From a virus: a stretch of DNA of 64,000 nt. This document shows positions 10,994 through 21,020 of the stretch, piece after piece (the stretch's first letter is position 1; each line of letters starts with the position of its first letter). The notes beneath the pieces were generated by a model. The model saw nothing but the letters and a program-made list of their open reading frames with translations, was not told the origin of the DNA and searched no databases. The stretch covers positions 1-64,000 of IMG/VR virus record IMGVR_UViG_3300007609_000013, one strand, 5' to 3'. Position numbers and translations under genes: made by a program.

Positions 10994-11658
10994 GACTTGT
11001 AGTGTTTGGCGACAGTCATCCAGCTGGCAGTGAAATTGATCAGCAGTACAGTTTGCAGTGTTATGACAAAAGTTTTGCCAAAAAGCTAGCCAATCAATTG
11101 GATTTGGATTATGAAAATTACAGCATCGCAGGAGCAAGCAACTGTTACATTGCAACACAAACCTACAAATATCTCAGCACAGCTGACTCAGATATATTCT
11201 TACTAATCAGTTGGGGAGCTGCCAGAAGAGCAACTGTGTATGACTACGACAGCCGAGATTTCTTGCACATAAACGAATATGATGCAGATGCAGACTATTT
11301 GTCCAAAAAACAAAAGAGTATGATCAAAAGTTTTTATCAATATCAATACCCAGACGCAGAAGAAGAATGGAAAATATTAGGACATATCGTAGGATTGTAC
11401 AATTACTTGACAAACCAAGATTATAATTTTTTAATGATGGATTCAACTCAAGCATTTGCACACTGGCATCAAGGTTATTTCAAAATGAATAATTATTTTG
11501 ATCTACACAATCCACACACATACTGGCACCAATATGAACAATGGCGAACGCAAGAGATATATAACACTGATAGATGGGCAAAGCATGCTCCGGAACAATG
11601 GCATAGCGTGTGGGCTGATAAATTGTTTCATCACGTAAAAGAGTACAAATTATTATGA
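10990..11658 (+). CDS. SGNH/GDSL-like hydrolase #1
   Basis: VFGDSH, GASN and C-terminal HAP...H; ATGA overlaps at both ends. Confidence 0.65.
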   Translation: MRLVVFGDSHPAGSEIDQQYSLQCYDKSFAKKLANQLDLDYENYSIAGASNCYIATQTYKYLSTADSDIFLLISWGAARRATVYDYDSRDFLHINEYDADADYLSKKQKSMIKSFYQYQYPDAEEEWKILGHIVGLYNYLTNQDYNFLMMDSTQAFAHWHQGYFKMNNYFDLHNPHTYWHQYEQWRTQEIYNTDRWAKHAPEQWHSVWADKLFHHVKEYKLL

Positions 11659-12152
11659 CCAAAAAACTAGAAGAAATCTTCAACATATCCACTGACAGCA
11701 ACGACACTGATCAAGAAAAAAACACTCAGTCGTCCTTGCCGTTTGACAGCACTGAAAAAATGCAAGAGGTTGCAAACACTGTGGAAAAAGTAGATCGTGC
11801 TCTGCCTATGGTAAAAGATCTAGAAGCAAACGACAAGGAAATGGACGATTTGGCACAGGATGCCAAAGAAAGTTTTGAAACTCTCATGGATCTAGGTATG
11901 AATGTTGATCCACGGTTCAGCGGAAAATTATTTGAAGTTGCAGGACAAATGCTAGGGCATGCAGTGTCTGCTAAAAATGCAAAAATTGACAAGAAATTAA
12001 AAATGGTCGAGCTACAATTAAAACAAGCAAGACTTGAACAGATGGAAAAACGTCATGCCGACGACCGCGGAGAAATCGAAGGTGAAGGCATGGTTGTTGA
12101 TCGCAACGAGTTGCTGAAACAATTGCTAGAACAAAACAAAGACAATGAATAA
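11655..12152 (+). CDS. probable terminase small subunit
   Basis: Helical 165-aa protein with LMDLGMNV..R...FEVA..ML and DRNELLK tail, resembling gp16. Confidence 0.55.
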   Translation: MTKKLEEIFNISTDSNDTDQEKNTQSSLPFDSTEKMQEVANTVEKVDRALPMVKDLEANDKEMDDLAQDAKESFETLMDLGMNVDPRFSGKLFEVAGQMLGHAVSAKNAKIDKKLKMVELQLKQARLEQMEKRHADDRGEIEGEGMVVDRNELLKQLLEQNKDNE

Positions 12153-12925
12153 TGGATATACTCGAATTATGCAAAAATAAAAAAACGTTGTTGCTTACCA
12201 TAGGAGATAGTTGGACTTTTGGTGATAGTATGCTCGGCGAAAAAGAACACTATCTTAAAAGCCCAGCAGGTCAGCACCATAGGAAAAAACATCTATGGGG
12301 AAGACATCTTTCAGATCGGTTGGACTACGATTGGTTAAACATTGCCGAACCAGGAATTAGCAACAAGGTTATGGTAGACTACTTAGATTATTTTAAAAAT
12401 ACAAAAAAATATCATAGATACAAACATATATTTGCAGTGATTGTGCTCACAGAAACAGGCAGAGAATTAGAGCAACTAGATTGGAAAAACCATAGACAAG
12501 AACTGCAAACGTCAGAACAAAAAATCTACAATGCTATAAAAAAACACACCGACGAAAAGATGTCATTCACAGTGGCAAGAAATTTTACAGTGAACTACAA
12601 AAGAACACAGGTGCCACGCAATATAAAATTTGTAGAAAAAAACTGGCAAAGCGTATTGCTGGAATCTCAATGCATTCGGCTAGTTGATGTAAGAGGTCCT
12701 GCAAGTGGAGTAGCCTTATGGATCTATGAGAATTACAATCCAAGCGTTGTAAAAAACCCAGCATACAAAAAATTTGTAATAGACACAGTAGATTCAGCAC
12801 AGCCTCTATGGGATGCAATGGACGCTAGCAAACTTAATTATTCAAGAGCAACCAGACACCCAACTGAACAGGGCCACAGAATTTGGGCTGATTATTTGTA
12901 TGATAATTATTTTCAAAACAACTAA
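12152..12925 (+). CDS. SGNH/GDSL-like hydrolase #2
   Basis: IGDSWTFG, PGISN, HPTEQGH..WA. Confidence 0.7.
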   Translation: MDILELCKNKKTLLLTIGDSWTFGDSMLGEKEHYLKSPAGQHHRKKHLWGRHLSDRLDYDWLNIAEPGISNKVMVDYLDYFKNTKKYHRYKHIFAVIVLTETGRELEQLDWKNHRQELQTSEQKIYNAIKKHTDEKMSFTVARNFTVNYKRTQVPRNIKFVEKNWQSVLLESQCIRLVDVRGPASGVALWIYENYNPSVVKNPAYKKFVIDTVDSAQPLWDAMDASKLNYSRATRHPTEQGHRIWADYLYDNYFQNN

Positions 12926-12954
12926 ATATACTTAATAAATTATAGGATTTGCCA

Positions 12955-13527
12955 ATGAAATCGTTTAAACATTATCTCACAGAGAGTGTTAAAGAATACA
13001 ATTATAGATTGAAGTTTGCTGATTTGCCAGAAGAGTTTGACTTTGGCAAACTAGAAACAGCACTTGAAAAGTTTAGTTTGGTAAGTGTTGCCAAGCCTAA
13101 AAAGACTCCTATCCAAGAGCACCCAGCAGACTTTCAAACTCTACAAAATGCAGAGGTACACATCATTGATGCTACCGTGGCATACCCGGTATCCAGCGTA
13201 GAGCTTCACAATTATCTTCATACTGCACTTGGTGTTGCTCCAAGTCATCTTGTGGTAATCAACAAAGATCATCCAGAAGAAATTGCCAGAGAACAGCAAG
13301 TGGAAGCCGAAGACGAAGAATACGAAACAGCACTGGGCAACGATTATCCAGACGATGGTATTAAATCACAGGAATATTTCGGCGATGAATACAATGCAAA
13401 TCTTATCAAAGAACTAACTTCTAACAAAGAACTAGTTCAAGCCGAAGGTGGGAAAACTCCTGCCGCAACTACACTGGCCGATGAGCCACAAGGTACAGAC
13501 AGCCCGATCAGCGGAGGAGAAAAATAA
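12955..13527 (+). CDS. putative virion protein
   Basis: MKSFKHYLTE N-terminus resembles a capsid-targeting sequence; TAAATA upstream. Confidence 0.6.
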   Translation: MKSFKHYLTESVKEYNYRLKFADLPEEFDFGKLETALEKFSLVSVAKPKKTPIQEHPADFQTLQNAEVHIIDATVAYPVSSVELHNYLHTALGVAPSHLVVINKDHPEEIAREQQVEAEDEEYETALGNDYPDDGIKSQEYFGDEYNANLIKELTSNKELVQAEGGKTPAATTLADEPQGTDSPISGGEK

Positions 13528-14663
13528 TGCAACTAATAGACGTACTAAACAAACTAAGAGCAATTGAAAATCCAACACAAGAAGTAAAGGAAGCAATTGC
13601 ACAAGCAGAAAGCATGACCAACGAAGCAATGATGATGGTTTGCAAGGACTGCGGAGACAAGATGGGACATCCTACAACAGATTGTCCACATGATTGTCAC
13701 GATCCAAAAGGCAAGCACTGGATTATGTCTGACGTTCAAGAAGACGAAGACGTTGTAGTAGACATGCCTGTGATGGTTGAGCCAGAAGCAGAACTAGAGC
13801 CAGAGATTGAGTTGGAAGTTGAACCAGACCGTCAAGACAGGAATGAAGCTGTTGATATGGCCCACGGTCAACTTGAATTTATCAAGTATGCTGCCAAAGA
13901 AATTGAAGACTACCTGATGCGTGGCATGCCATTGCCAGAATGGATGCAAAACAAGTTGAGTCGCATGCATGCTAACATAATGAATTTGCATGCTTATATC
14001 GAAGGCGAAGAAGGCAAGGCTGGGTTAAATGAAAGCGAAGAATTTGCAGAAGCTGCAGGAGAATTTGCTGAACCATTTTATGCACTACAAGATGAGTTTG
14101 CTGGTGGCGAAGCATCAGGTGCACACAAAGAGTTGATTGATAATTTGATCATGTACATGAGTGGTGATGATGTTAAAGACTTTGTTGCAGACTTCCGTAG
14201 ACACTATGATATGAATTCAGTTGAGGAATCAGACTTAGACGATCTACGCACACTTGCTGGCATGGAAGATCTTGAAGAATATGCTAACACGCCAGATGGA
14301 TACAGTGAAGATCCGCAATATGGTGATGCAGAAGAACAAGTCAACGGACAAGCTGGCGGTATCAACGGACAAAAAACACAATACAACAAAGCCAATGCTG
14401 GCGACAATGCCATGGCAGTTGAGTCGATCAAAGAGCGACTATGGGCTGCACTGCAAGAAGAAAAAGAAGAAACAGCCGAAGGTCGTGGCAGAGGTCGTGG
14501 CAAAAAGAAAACTGACGAAGACGAAGAAGTGGCTGCCGAAGGCCGTGGCAGAGGCAAAGACAAAGTAATGGCCGGTCGTGGCAGAGGCAAAGACAAAGTA
14601 ATGGCCGGTCGTGGCAGAGGCAAAGACAAAGTAATGGCGAGTCGTGGTAGAGGAAAAAATTAA
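13527..14663 (+). CDS. acidic putative internal virion protein with GRGRG-repeat tail
   Basis: 378 aa, E/D-rich, LRTLAG motif, C-terminal GRGRGKDKVMA repeats. Confidence 0.65.
   Translation: MQLIDVLNKLRAIENPTQEVKEAIAQAESMTNEAMMMVCKDCGDKMGHPTTDCPHDCHDPKGKHWIMSDVQEDEDVVVDMPVMVEPEAELEPEIELEVEPDRQDRNEAVDMAHGQLEFIKYAAKEIEDYLMRGMPLPEWMQNKLSRMHANIMNLHAYIEGEEGKAGLNESEEFAEAAGEFAEPFYALQDEFAGGEASGAHKELIDNLIMYMSGDDVKDFVADFRRHYDMNSVEESDLDDLRTLAGMEDLEEYANTPDGYSEDPQYGDAEEQVNGQAGGINGQKTQYNKANAGDNAMAVESIKERLWAALQEEKEETAEGRGRGRGKKKTDEDEEVAAEGRGRGKDKVMAGRGRGKDKVMAGRGRGKDKVMASRGRGKN
14541..14657 (+). repeat. 33-bp coding tandem repeat (~3.5 copies, GRGRGKDKVMA)
   Basis: ggycgtggcagaggcaaagacaaagtaatggcc at 14541, 14574 and 14607; partial copy at 14640. 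Confidence 0.95.
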
Positions 14664-15009
14664 TTGGTCAGCGTACTTTGATCATATAAAACCTGTGTGC
14701 CCTTGGAGCACATCTGCTTGGAACAAAGGCGAGATCAAAATTACCAATTGGTCTGGCACAGTCGAAGACTTGGAAAACAACCAAGCCATTGTGTATGTTG
14801 TAGCAGGCGCCAATCGTAGACAACTTAAAAAGTTGTGTAAAAAGGTAGACAAGGATCTACGCTACGATTGGCTGTGGAGTGAGCCTTCGCACGGACCATA
14901 TGCTAGTCCCGTGCCAGTGCTGATTCAACAAGACAGCAGACATTTGTTTGAAGCAAGATACAAAGTAGGATACTACGACAACATAATCAAGGAACAGTTA
15001 AATGATTAA
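14644..15009 (+). CDS. hypothetical protein
   Basis: YF..I..VCPWS motif; start uncertain. Confidence 0.55.
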   Translation: MVEEKINWSAYFDHIKPVCPWSTSAWNKGEIKITNWSGTVEDLENNQAIVYVVAGANRRQLKKLCKKVDKDLRYDWLWSEPSHGPYASPVPVLIQQDSRHLFEARYKVGYYDNIIKEQLND

Positions 15010-15295
15010 AAAAATCATCAAAGCAGTAAAAAATATTTTTATACCACACCCGTCGGGTTTGCCAGTGATGAACTCTCCTGACATAAATTTTAAAAAACTC
15101 AACGAAGTGAGTGTGAACAAAAAAGAACCAACCATCAAATACACACCCGAAAAAATCAAAAAGCCCACTAGAAAAAGTTTAGAGGCTATGGACAAAAAAG
15201 CCATAGACGAATTGGCAAAAACACACGGCGTTAAACTAGATCGCCGAAAGAAAAAATCTACAATGATAGATGAATTATTAGAAGGATTAAAATGA
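15002..15295 (+). CDS. small basic protein with helix-extension-helix (Rho-N-like) C-terminus
   Basis: LEAMDKKAIDELAKTHGVKLDRRKKKSTMIDEL. Confidence 0.55.
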   Translation: MIKKIIKAVKNIFIPHPSGLPVMNSPDINFKKLNEVSVNKKEPTIKYTPEKIKKPTRKSLEAMDKKAIDELAKTHGVKLDRRKKKSTMIDELLEGLK

Positions 15296-15465
15296 TGACA
15301 AAATGGATACTAGCAAGATTCAAAGAACGCACCAGCTGGGACGGAGTGGCTCTGATTGCTGCAGGCATAGCATTTTTGTTTATTAAACCAATTGCAAGCT
15401 TAGTAGCATACGCTGCTATTCTTTATGGTGCATACACACTTTGGAAAAAAGAAGACAAAGAATGA
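15292..15465 (+). CDS. small membrane protein (57 aa)
   Basis: Not in the ORF track. Reads MMTKWILARFKERTSWDGVALIAAGIAFLFIKPIASLVAYAAILYGAYTLWKKEDKE; overlaps both neighbours. Confidence 0.65.
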   Translation: MMTKWILARFKERTSWDGVALIAAGIAFLFIKPIASLVAYAAILYGAYTLWKKEDKE

Positions 15466-15674
15466 ACATCAAGGACTTGAAGGTTCTAGCAGGAATATCT
15501 AATCGTGCAACTTTGAGTCCTTATTCAGTTGACGCTGATGAAAATATCAGTTATACTGCAAAAGAAAAATCAGACTATCAAAAAAAGCACAAAGTAAAGC
15601 CAGGCACAGATGAATGGTTTAGACTTTGGTTTGCAAGACCTCAACTCACAGGCGAAAAACCTTTCGACAAATAA
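15462..15674 (+). CDS. hypothetical protein
   Basis: LKVLAGI...KPGTDEWFRLWFARP. Confidence 0.6.
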   Translation: MNIKDLKVLAGISNRATLSPYSVDADENISYTAKEKSDYQKKHKVKPGTDEWFRLWFARPQLTGEKPFDK

Positions 15675-15676
15675 CA

Positions 15677-16048
15677 ATGATGGATATTTATAATAGAGTG
15701 CCCAACACGCAGGATGGTACTTTTACGTTTATGTGCGACCCTGCACAACAAGATCTCATGGATCGAATAGTAGAGGCTATCAAAACTGTTTACGATCCAG
15801 AAATTCCAATTGATGTACTAACATTGGGACTAATATACAGTGTTGAAATTGAGAACGCCCGCTGTAGCGTGCTTATGTCGCTTACAAGCCCCATGTGTCC
15901 AGTGGCAGGCGAGCTACCTATCTGGGTAGAAGACGCTGTAAAAACAGTAGACGGTGTTGACTCGTGTGATGCGGAAATAACATTTGAACCAATGTTCACT
16001 CCAGAACTAATGAGCGATGAAGCAAAACTAGTCACAGGCATGTATTGA
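15677..16048 (+). CDS. sufT: SufT/DUF59 (MIP18-family) Fe-S assembly protein
   Basis: VYDPEIP.D...LGLIY, MSLTSPMCPVAG and ITFEP.F.PELMSDEAK motifs. Confidence 0.85.
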   Translation: MMDIYNRVPNTQDGTFTFMCDPAQQDLMDRIVEAIKTVYDPEIPIDVLTLGLIYSVEIENARCSVLMSLTSPMCPVAGELPIWVEDAVKTVDGVDSCDAEITFEPMFTPELMSDEAKLVTGMY

Positions 16049-16815
16049 TGGAAATACTACCAGCTTCTCGTAATTTTGCAAACGGTACTTTTGATTTCTA
16101 TCCCAGCGATACTAAAAAGTTGTTCGAAACTAACAAGAAAAATTTCGGACCTAGCTGGGAGTTTTACAACAAGCCAATATTTTATGTGTGCAATGAATTT
16201 GGTTTCAGAGAGCAGAAGCTAAACACTATAGATTGGACTAACAGCACAGTGTGTTTTGGTTGTAGTCATACTTTTGGTATAGGTGTTCCGGATAACGAGA
16301 CCTGGGTAAGAAAATTACAAAAAAAGACCAGCACACCTTGTGTAAACTTGGGCATACCGGGCGGAAGTTTTGAAGCTATTTTCCACAACATAGTATGGCT
16401 AAACTATCATAATATAACGCCAAAAAATTTAATTGTACAAATTCCTGACCCGAGTCGTAATTATTATGTAGAAACCGAAATCGATCATCCTGCGTTTTGT
16501 CATATTATTCCAGAGCTACACGGAGTAATCTCTCAAAAAAACATGCAATACTACACAGATGTTCATCTAGCACACAAATTAGAACTAATGAAAACAACCA
16601 TCGATCTATTGTGCCCGGACATGGATGTGGTGTACTTTTTTCTTGGTTGCCCTAGTGCTGCAAAAAGTTTTTCTCTAAAACGACCTGTTTATTTCGATCA
16701 AAAACAGTATCCGAATATACATTGGGCTAGAGATCGTTCGCACTTTGGCAGTACAGTATCCGATGCAATTGTAGAGTTGGTGTGCCAGCTGTCAAGCAAT
16801 CTTGGCAGAGTTTAG
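16048..16815 (+). CDS. SGNH-like hydrolase #3
   Basis: NEFGFR, FGCSHTFGIG, NLGIPGGS, ARDRSHFG. Confidence 0.7.
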   Translation: MEILPASRNFANGTFDFYPSDTKKLFETNKKNFGPSWEFYNKPIFYVCNEFGFREQKLNTIDWTNSTVCFGCSHTFGIGVPDNETWVRKLQKKTSTPCVNLGIPGGSFEAIFHNIVWLNYHNITPKNLIVQIPDPSRNYYVETEIDHPAFCHIIPELHGVISQKNMQYYTDVHLAHKLELMKTTIDLLCPDMDVVYFFLGCPSAAKSFSLKRPVYFDQKQYPNIHWARDRSHFGSTVSDAIVELVCQLSSNLGRV

Positions 16816-17313
16816 ATATTGTCCCCAGCTGTGATGCTGTAGATGAATTTTGTTTTTCTTTTTCCTGGCTAATTCCCAGTAAGTAGGAGTATAAGGTTGA
16901 TTAATAGGCTTGATCAATCGCGATCCTTTGATGCTGTTGCAACTTTTACAACTAGCTACACAGTTTTCCCAATCTGTACCCCCTCCTAGACTGCGTGGAA
17001 TAACATGATCAACAGTTAGTTCACTTTGTGAAAAAAGTTCTCCACAATACTGACAATTGAATGTGTCTCTCAAAAATAGATTGTTTCTGCTGAATTTGGC
17101 TTCTTGAGGAATGCCATAGTATTTGTGAGTAACGCACACTGCTGGCATTTCCAGTGTGGTGCTAGGTGAATGAATCAGTTTGTCTTCGTAGGTGTGCAAA
17201 ACATGAACACGATTGAGCCAGTGTAGTTTTACGGCCTGCTGCCACGCTACTACACTGAGGGGTACAAAACTAATTGGCCGGTAATCAGCATTCAAAATTA
17301 GTGTATTGCTCAT
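16792..17313 (-). CDS. HNH endonuclease (McrA-like)
   Basis: LILNADY.P, FSR.N.FLRD...CQYCG...TVDHVIP.S.GG...WEN.VASC..CN..KG. Confidence 0.9.
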   Translation of the reverse strand: MSNTLILNADYRPISFVPLSVVAWQQAVKLHWLNRVHVLHTYEDKLIHSPSTTLEMPAVCVTHKYYGIPQEAKFSRNNLFLRDTFNCQYCGELFSQSELTVDHVIPRSLGGGTDWENCVASCKSCNSIKGSRLIKPINQPYTPTYWELARKKKNKIHLQHHSWGQYLNSAKIA

Positions 17314-17356
17314 GTTATAAATATTTATCTGGCATTAATTTTCAATTGGGAAAACT

Positions 17357-18088
17357 ATGGATTTATTAAAATCAACCAGCGACATTCGTTATGGTTATTA
17401 TAACACTAAGTGGCAAGGCACCGACCAAAGACACCTGTTTGATAAAAATTCTAAAAAACAATCTCATGATTGGAAATATGCAAAGTCCGAAGTAAACTAT
17501 ACATTAAACAAACACGGCTACAGATGTCCAGATTTTAACATAGTGGATTGGTCAAACAGTGTGGTTTGGCTAGGATGCAGCATAACGTTTGGCACAGGTG
17601 TTGATGACTCAGAAACTGTGACAGAATATTTTTCTCAACTGTGCAACATGCCAGTGATAAACCTTGGCCAACAAGGAGTTGGCATAGACTATATTGTGGA
17701 CAATCTTAATAGATTGTCCATTGCAGGTGTTAAGCCAAAACACATTGTTGTACAGTTTCCTCATACCAGCAGAACACTGCGTTTTAGAAGCTCAGAAAAA
17801 TTTGAAAATCTCAGTGTGCACAGTCCTTTTGACGACTTTCAAAAATACTTTTTTTTCTACAACTATCACCAAACTGGATACAGTACAATGTTCAAAAGAA
17901 TGATTGATGTGGCATATCCAGCTGCTATTTGTTATACCACACATGATTACGTAGCAGATGCACTGGGTGTACGCAGTCTTTCTACAGAGTCTGTGTGTGC
18001 AGGAGATCAAGCTAGAGATTTGGCGCATCCAGGTGCAGAATATCATCAGGCAGTTGCACAAGAGATCTATCGCACACACTTTGCATAA
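17357..18088 (+). CDS. SGNH-like hydrolase #4
   Basis: NKHGYR, LGCSITFGTG, NLG..G, ARDLAHPG. Confidence 0.7.
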   Translation: MDLLKSTSDIRYGYYNTKWQGTDQRHLFDKNSKKQSHDWKYAKSEVNYTLNKHGYRCPDFNIVDWSNSVVWLGCSITFGTGVDDSETVTEYFSQLCNMPVINLGQQGVGIDYIVDNLNRLSIAGVKPKHIVVQFPHTSRTLRFRSSEKFENLSVHSPFDDFQKYFFFYNYHQTGYSTMFKRMIDVAYPAAICYTTHDYVADALGVRSLSTESVCAGDQARDLAHPGAEYHQAVAQEIYRTHFA

Positions 18089-18096
18089 ATATTTTT

Positions 18097-18339
18097 ATGC
18101 AACCTCAATGGCGATTAACCACCATTCAGGTATACTACTACTTGCCTGATGTTGAACTAGACCTTACTAACTTGTTTTTGTGGCAAGCAATGGATCGCTA
18201 TCCCTACTTTCCAAGAATGCATCGTTTTGTAGATCATTGGCAGGAAAAAATCGAAGCTCGGTTGGACAGAGTGTATATACAACACACAGATCCGTTTGAT
18301 CACAAATGCTATAGGAATGTTTTGTTAATCAATGAGTAA
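18097..18339 (+). CDS. usg: Usg-like protein
   Basis: LTT..VYY.LPD....LFLWQ..D..P.FP....F...WQEKIE..L..V...H fits the Usg-like family. Confidence 0.7.
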   Translation: MQPQWRLTTIQVYYYLPDVELDLTNLFLWQAMDRYPYFPRMHRFVDHWQEKIEARLDRVYIQHTDPFDHKCYRNVLLINE

Positions 18340-19909
18340 AAGCTTAGATGGAGTGCTGGTAAAAAAGGCCTACAAGCCTCAGCAGTACACACAACATCAA
18401 TTGCTGGAATTTGCTAGATGTGCAGACCGAGATACAGGCCCGCACTATTTTCTCGAACACTATTTTTACATACAGCATCCTACTCGTGGCCAAATGTTGT
18501 ACAAGCCTTTTGAATATCAAGTGGGCCTAGTAGACAACTATCACAACTATAGATTTAGTATAAATTTACTCAGTAGACAGATGGGCAAAACCACCACAGC
18601 CGCAGGCTATTTGTTGTGGTATGCTATGTTTGTGCCCGACAGTACCATACTGATTGCAGCTCACAAATACAGTGGCGCACAAGAGATCATGCAGCGGGTG
18701 AGATATGCTTATGAACTCATGCCTGATCACATTCGCGCAGGTGTAACCAGCTACAACAAAGGCAGCATAGAATTTGAAAATGGCAGTCGTATTGTGGCAC
18801 AAGCCACTACAGAAAACACCGGACGTGGTATGAGCATAAGCTTGTTGTACTGTGATGAGTTTGCGTTTGTGCGCAATACAATAGCCCGAGAATTTTGGAC
18901 AGCCATCAGCCCTACACTGGCTACAGGTGGTAAGGCTATCATAACCAGCACACCTAACAGTGATGAAGATCAATTTTGGGAACTGTGGTTGGGTGCAAAC
19001 AAAAATCTAGACGAGCACGGCAACGAAACCGAGCTGGGCGTCAACGGCTTTAGAGCATACCGTGCTCTGTGGCATCAACACCCAGACAGAAACGATGAGT
19101 GGGCAGCAGAAGAACGTGGACGCATCGGCGAAGAACGCTTTCGTAGAGAAATGGAGTGCGAGCCGATCATCTTTGATGAAACACTCATAGCTGCAACCAC
19201 ACTCATACAGCTAGAACCCTCACAGCCAGTGCACATCACCGAAGGCAATGTGAGATGGTTTGACACGCCCAAAAAAGATCGACAGTATCTGGTGGCACTG
19301 GATCCAAGTTTGGGCACCGGAGGAGACAACGCTGCCATACAGGTGTACGAAATGGGCGGTGCCAACGGCTTACAACAGATAGCAGAGTGGTACCACAACC
19401 GCACACCCATTCGCGGACAGATCGGCACCATGGTGAAAATCAATCGCTATATATTAGATCACATCAACAATCCCACAGCCATATGGTACAGCATAGAAAA
19501 CAACAGCTTGGGCGAAGCCGGCTTGGTGGTGATCGAAGACATCGGCGAAGAAAACATTCCCGGTATGTTTGTGAGTGAGCCAATCCGCAAAGGACATGTG
19601 CGCAAGTTTCGCAGAGGCTTTAACACCACGCACAGAAGCAAGCTAACAGCGTGTAGCAAGCTCAAAAGCTGGATCGAGACCAAACGTATGCATGTGTGTT
19701 CAAAAGCACTAATAACCGAGCTTAAAGCATTCATACAAAGCAGCAACAGTTTTTCAGCCAAGCCTGGCGAGCACGACGACCTAGTGATGAGTACAGTGCT
19801 GGCAGTGAGAATGGCTATGCAGATTCAACAGTATGATGCAGACCTAGACAGTCAGTTCAAAGACGACATCGACGACTATGTAGAACCCATGCCATTTGCT
19901 ATTCTTTGA
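18332..19909 (+). CDS. terL: terminase large subunit (gp17-like)
   Basis: SRQMGKT Walker A, LLYCDEFAF Walker B, ITSTPN, LDPS.G.GGD and HDDLVMS nuclease motifs. Confidence 0.95.
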   Translation: MSKSLDGVLVKKAYKPQQYTQHQLLEFARCADRDTGPHYFLEHYFYIQHPTRGQMLYKPFEYQVGLVDNYHNYRFSINLLSRQMGKTTTAAGYLLWYAMFVPDSTILIAAHKYSGAQEIMQRVRYAYELMPDHIRAGVTSYNKGSIEFENGSRIVAQATTENTGRGMSISLLYCDEFAFVRNTIAREFWTAISPTLATGGKAIITSTPNSDEDQFWELWLGANKNLDEHGNETELGVNGFRAYRALWHQHPDRNDEWAAEERGRIGEERFRREMECEPIIFDETLIAATTLIQLEPSQPVHITEGNVRWFDTPKKDRQYLVALDPSLGTGGDNAAIQVYEMGGANGLQQIAEWYHNRTPIRGQIGTMVKINRYILDHINNPTAIWYSIENNSLGEAGLVVIEDIGEENIPGMFVSEPIRKGHVRKFRRGFNTTHRSKLTACSKLKSWIETKRMHVCSKALITELKAFIQSSNSFSAKPGEHDDLVMSTVLAVRMAMQIQQYDADLDSQFKDDIDDYVEPMPFAIL

Positions 19910-20975
19910 GGTTGATTTTTATTCGGTGGTGGTTTCTCACCTGTGATGTAGACTCCACGCTCTGATCTTTCCACACACCACAGGTGTTTTCGCATCTGCT
20001 GCATCTACCTTTGTCAACACTGGATTGTTGCCAACTGTGTTCCAACTGTTGAAACCATTTTATACTTTTGGCCAGCCCGTGGCGCAGTGCATTGTTTCTC
20101 CGAATAAACTTTCTCAGCTGAACAGTTTCTGGATTGTAAACTGAGTAGTCCGGATTGGCAAATGCAGTAAAACAACAGGGATACACAAAGCCCCTGCTGT
20201 CCACATATATGCTGTTGATGTGACTGCAATCTATGCTATCAGCTGGACGACGGGATGCGGGCATGTGTTTCCCTGTGTCGGTTTGGTCATAGGCCAGGAT
20301 CCTGCTGACACGGGCATAATCCGTGTCACCTTGCCAATCTCCAATGGTGTGTGAGAGGTTGCCGTCTTTGTCAAATGCTATGCCTACACTGCGCCCGTGA
20401 TTTTCCATGGAGAACAAGGAAAAGCCCCAAGCATCGGCCAGCTGTTGAGCCTGAGCTGCTTGATGCTGGTTGTGATCAAACACTATGAACTTCCACTGTG
20501 CATCTCCTCCTGCAGCTATGAAAGCACCAAAATTTCTCTGCAGCACCTGCCAGTCCACATCCTGCCGATAGAGATGATTGGTGTCTTCCAAGCCGTCTAT
20601 GCTGAATCTCACAGTCAAGTTGGGCACAGCAGCCAACTGTTGCCACCATGTCTCGCTTCTAGCGCCACCATTGGTGGTTACTTCCAGCTTCAACTGTGGG
20701 TTGGCCTCAGCAAAGTACCACAGTATGTCCGCCAGCTGAGGATTCATAATAGGATCGCCAAAGTTGCCTTCGCAGAGGAATAACTCTAGCTCGCTGATAA
20801 ACTCTGCGGAGAATATTTGTTTGACCTCTGCCAATGACAGATGATGCTGAACCACTCTAGGATCTGCCACACCGTGATCATTTCTAGGACAGATAGGACA
20901 TCTGGCATTGCAGTAGCTGGTGGGTTCTAGATGCACTCTGCGTATTTCTGCACCGCTGCTGAAACTGGTTTTCAT
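19899..20975 (-). CDS. radical SAM / SPASM-twitch domain protein
   Basis: CNARCPIC, GDP, FSIDGL, C...IYVD..G.VYPCC and CxxxC; start taken at MKTSF after TAAATA-N5. Confidence 0.9.
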   Translation of the reverse strand: MKTSFSSGAEIRRVHLEPTSYCNARCPICPRNDHGVADPRVVQHHLSLAEVKQIFSAEFISELELFLCEGNFGDPIMNPQLADILWYFAEANPQLKLEVTTNGGARSETWWQQLAAVPNLTVRFSIDGLEDTNHLYRQDVDWQVLQRNFGAFIAAGGDAQWKFIVFDHNQHQAAQAQQLADAWGFSLFSMENHGRSVGIAFDKDGNLSHTIGDWQGDTDYARVSRILAYDQTDTGKHMPASRRPADSIDCSHINSIYVDSRGFVYPCCFTAFANPDYSVYNPETVQLRKFIRRNNALRHGLAKSIKWFQQLEHSWQQSSVDKGRCSRCENTCGVWKDQSVESTSQVRNHHRIKINLKE

Positions 20976-21020
20976 GCATCTATTTAGCGCAATCTGCGGC
21001 TTGCGCGCCCATGCCACCTC

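Noticed and set aside
14541-14657. CRISPR array
   Set aside because: The units are contiguous, in frame and have no spacers.
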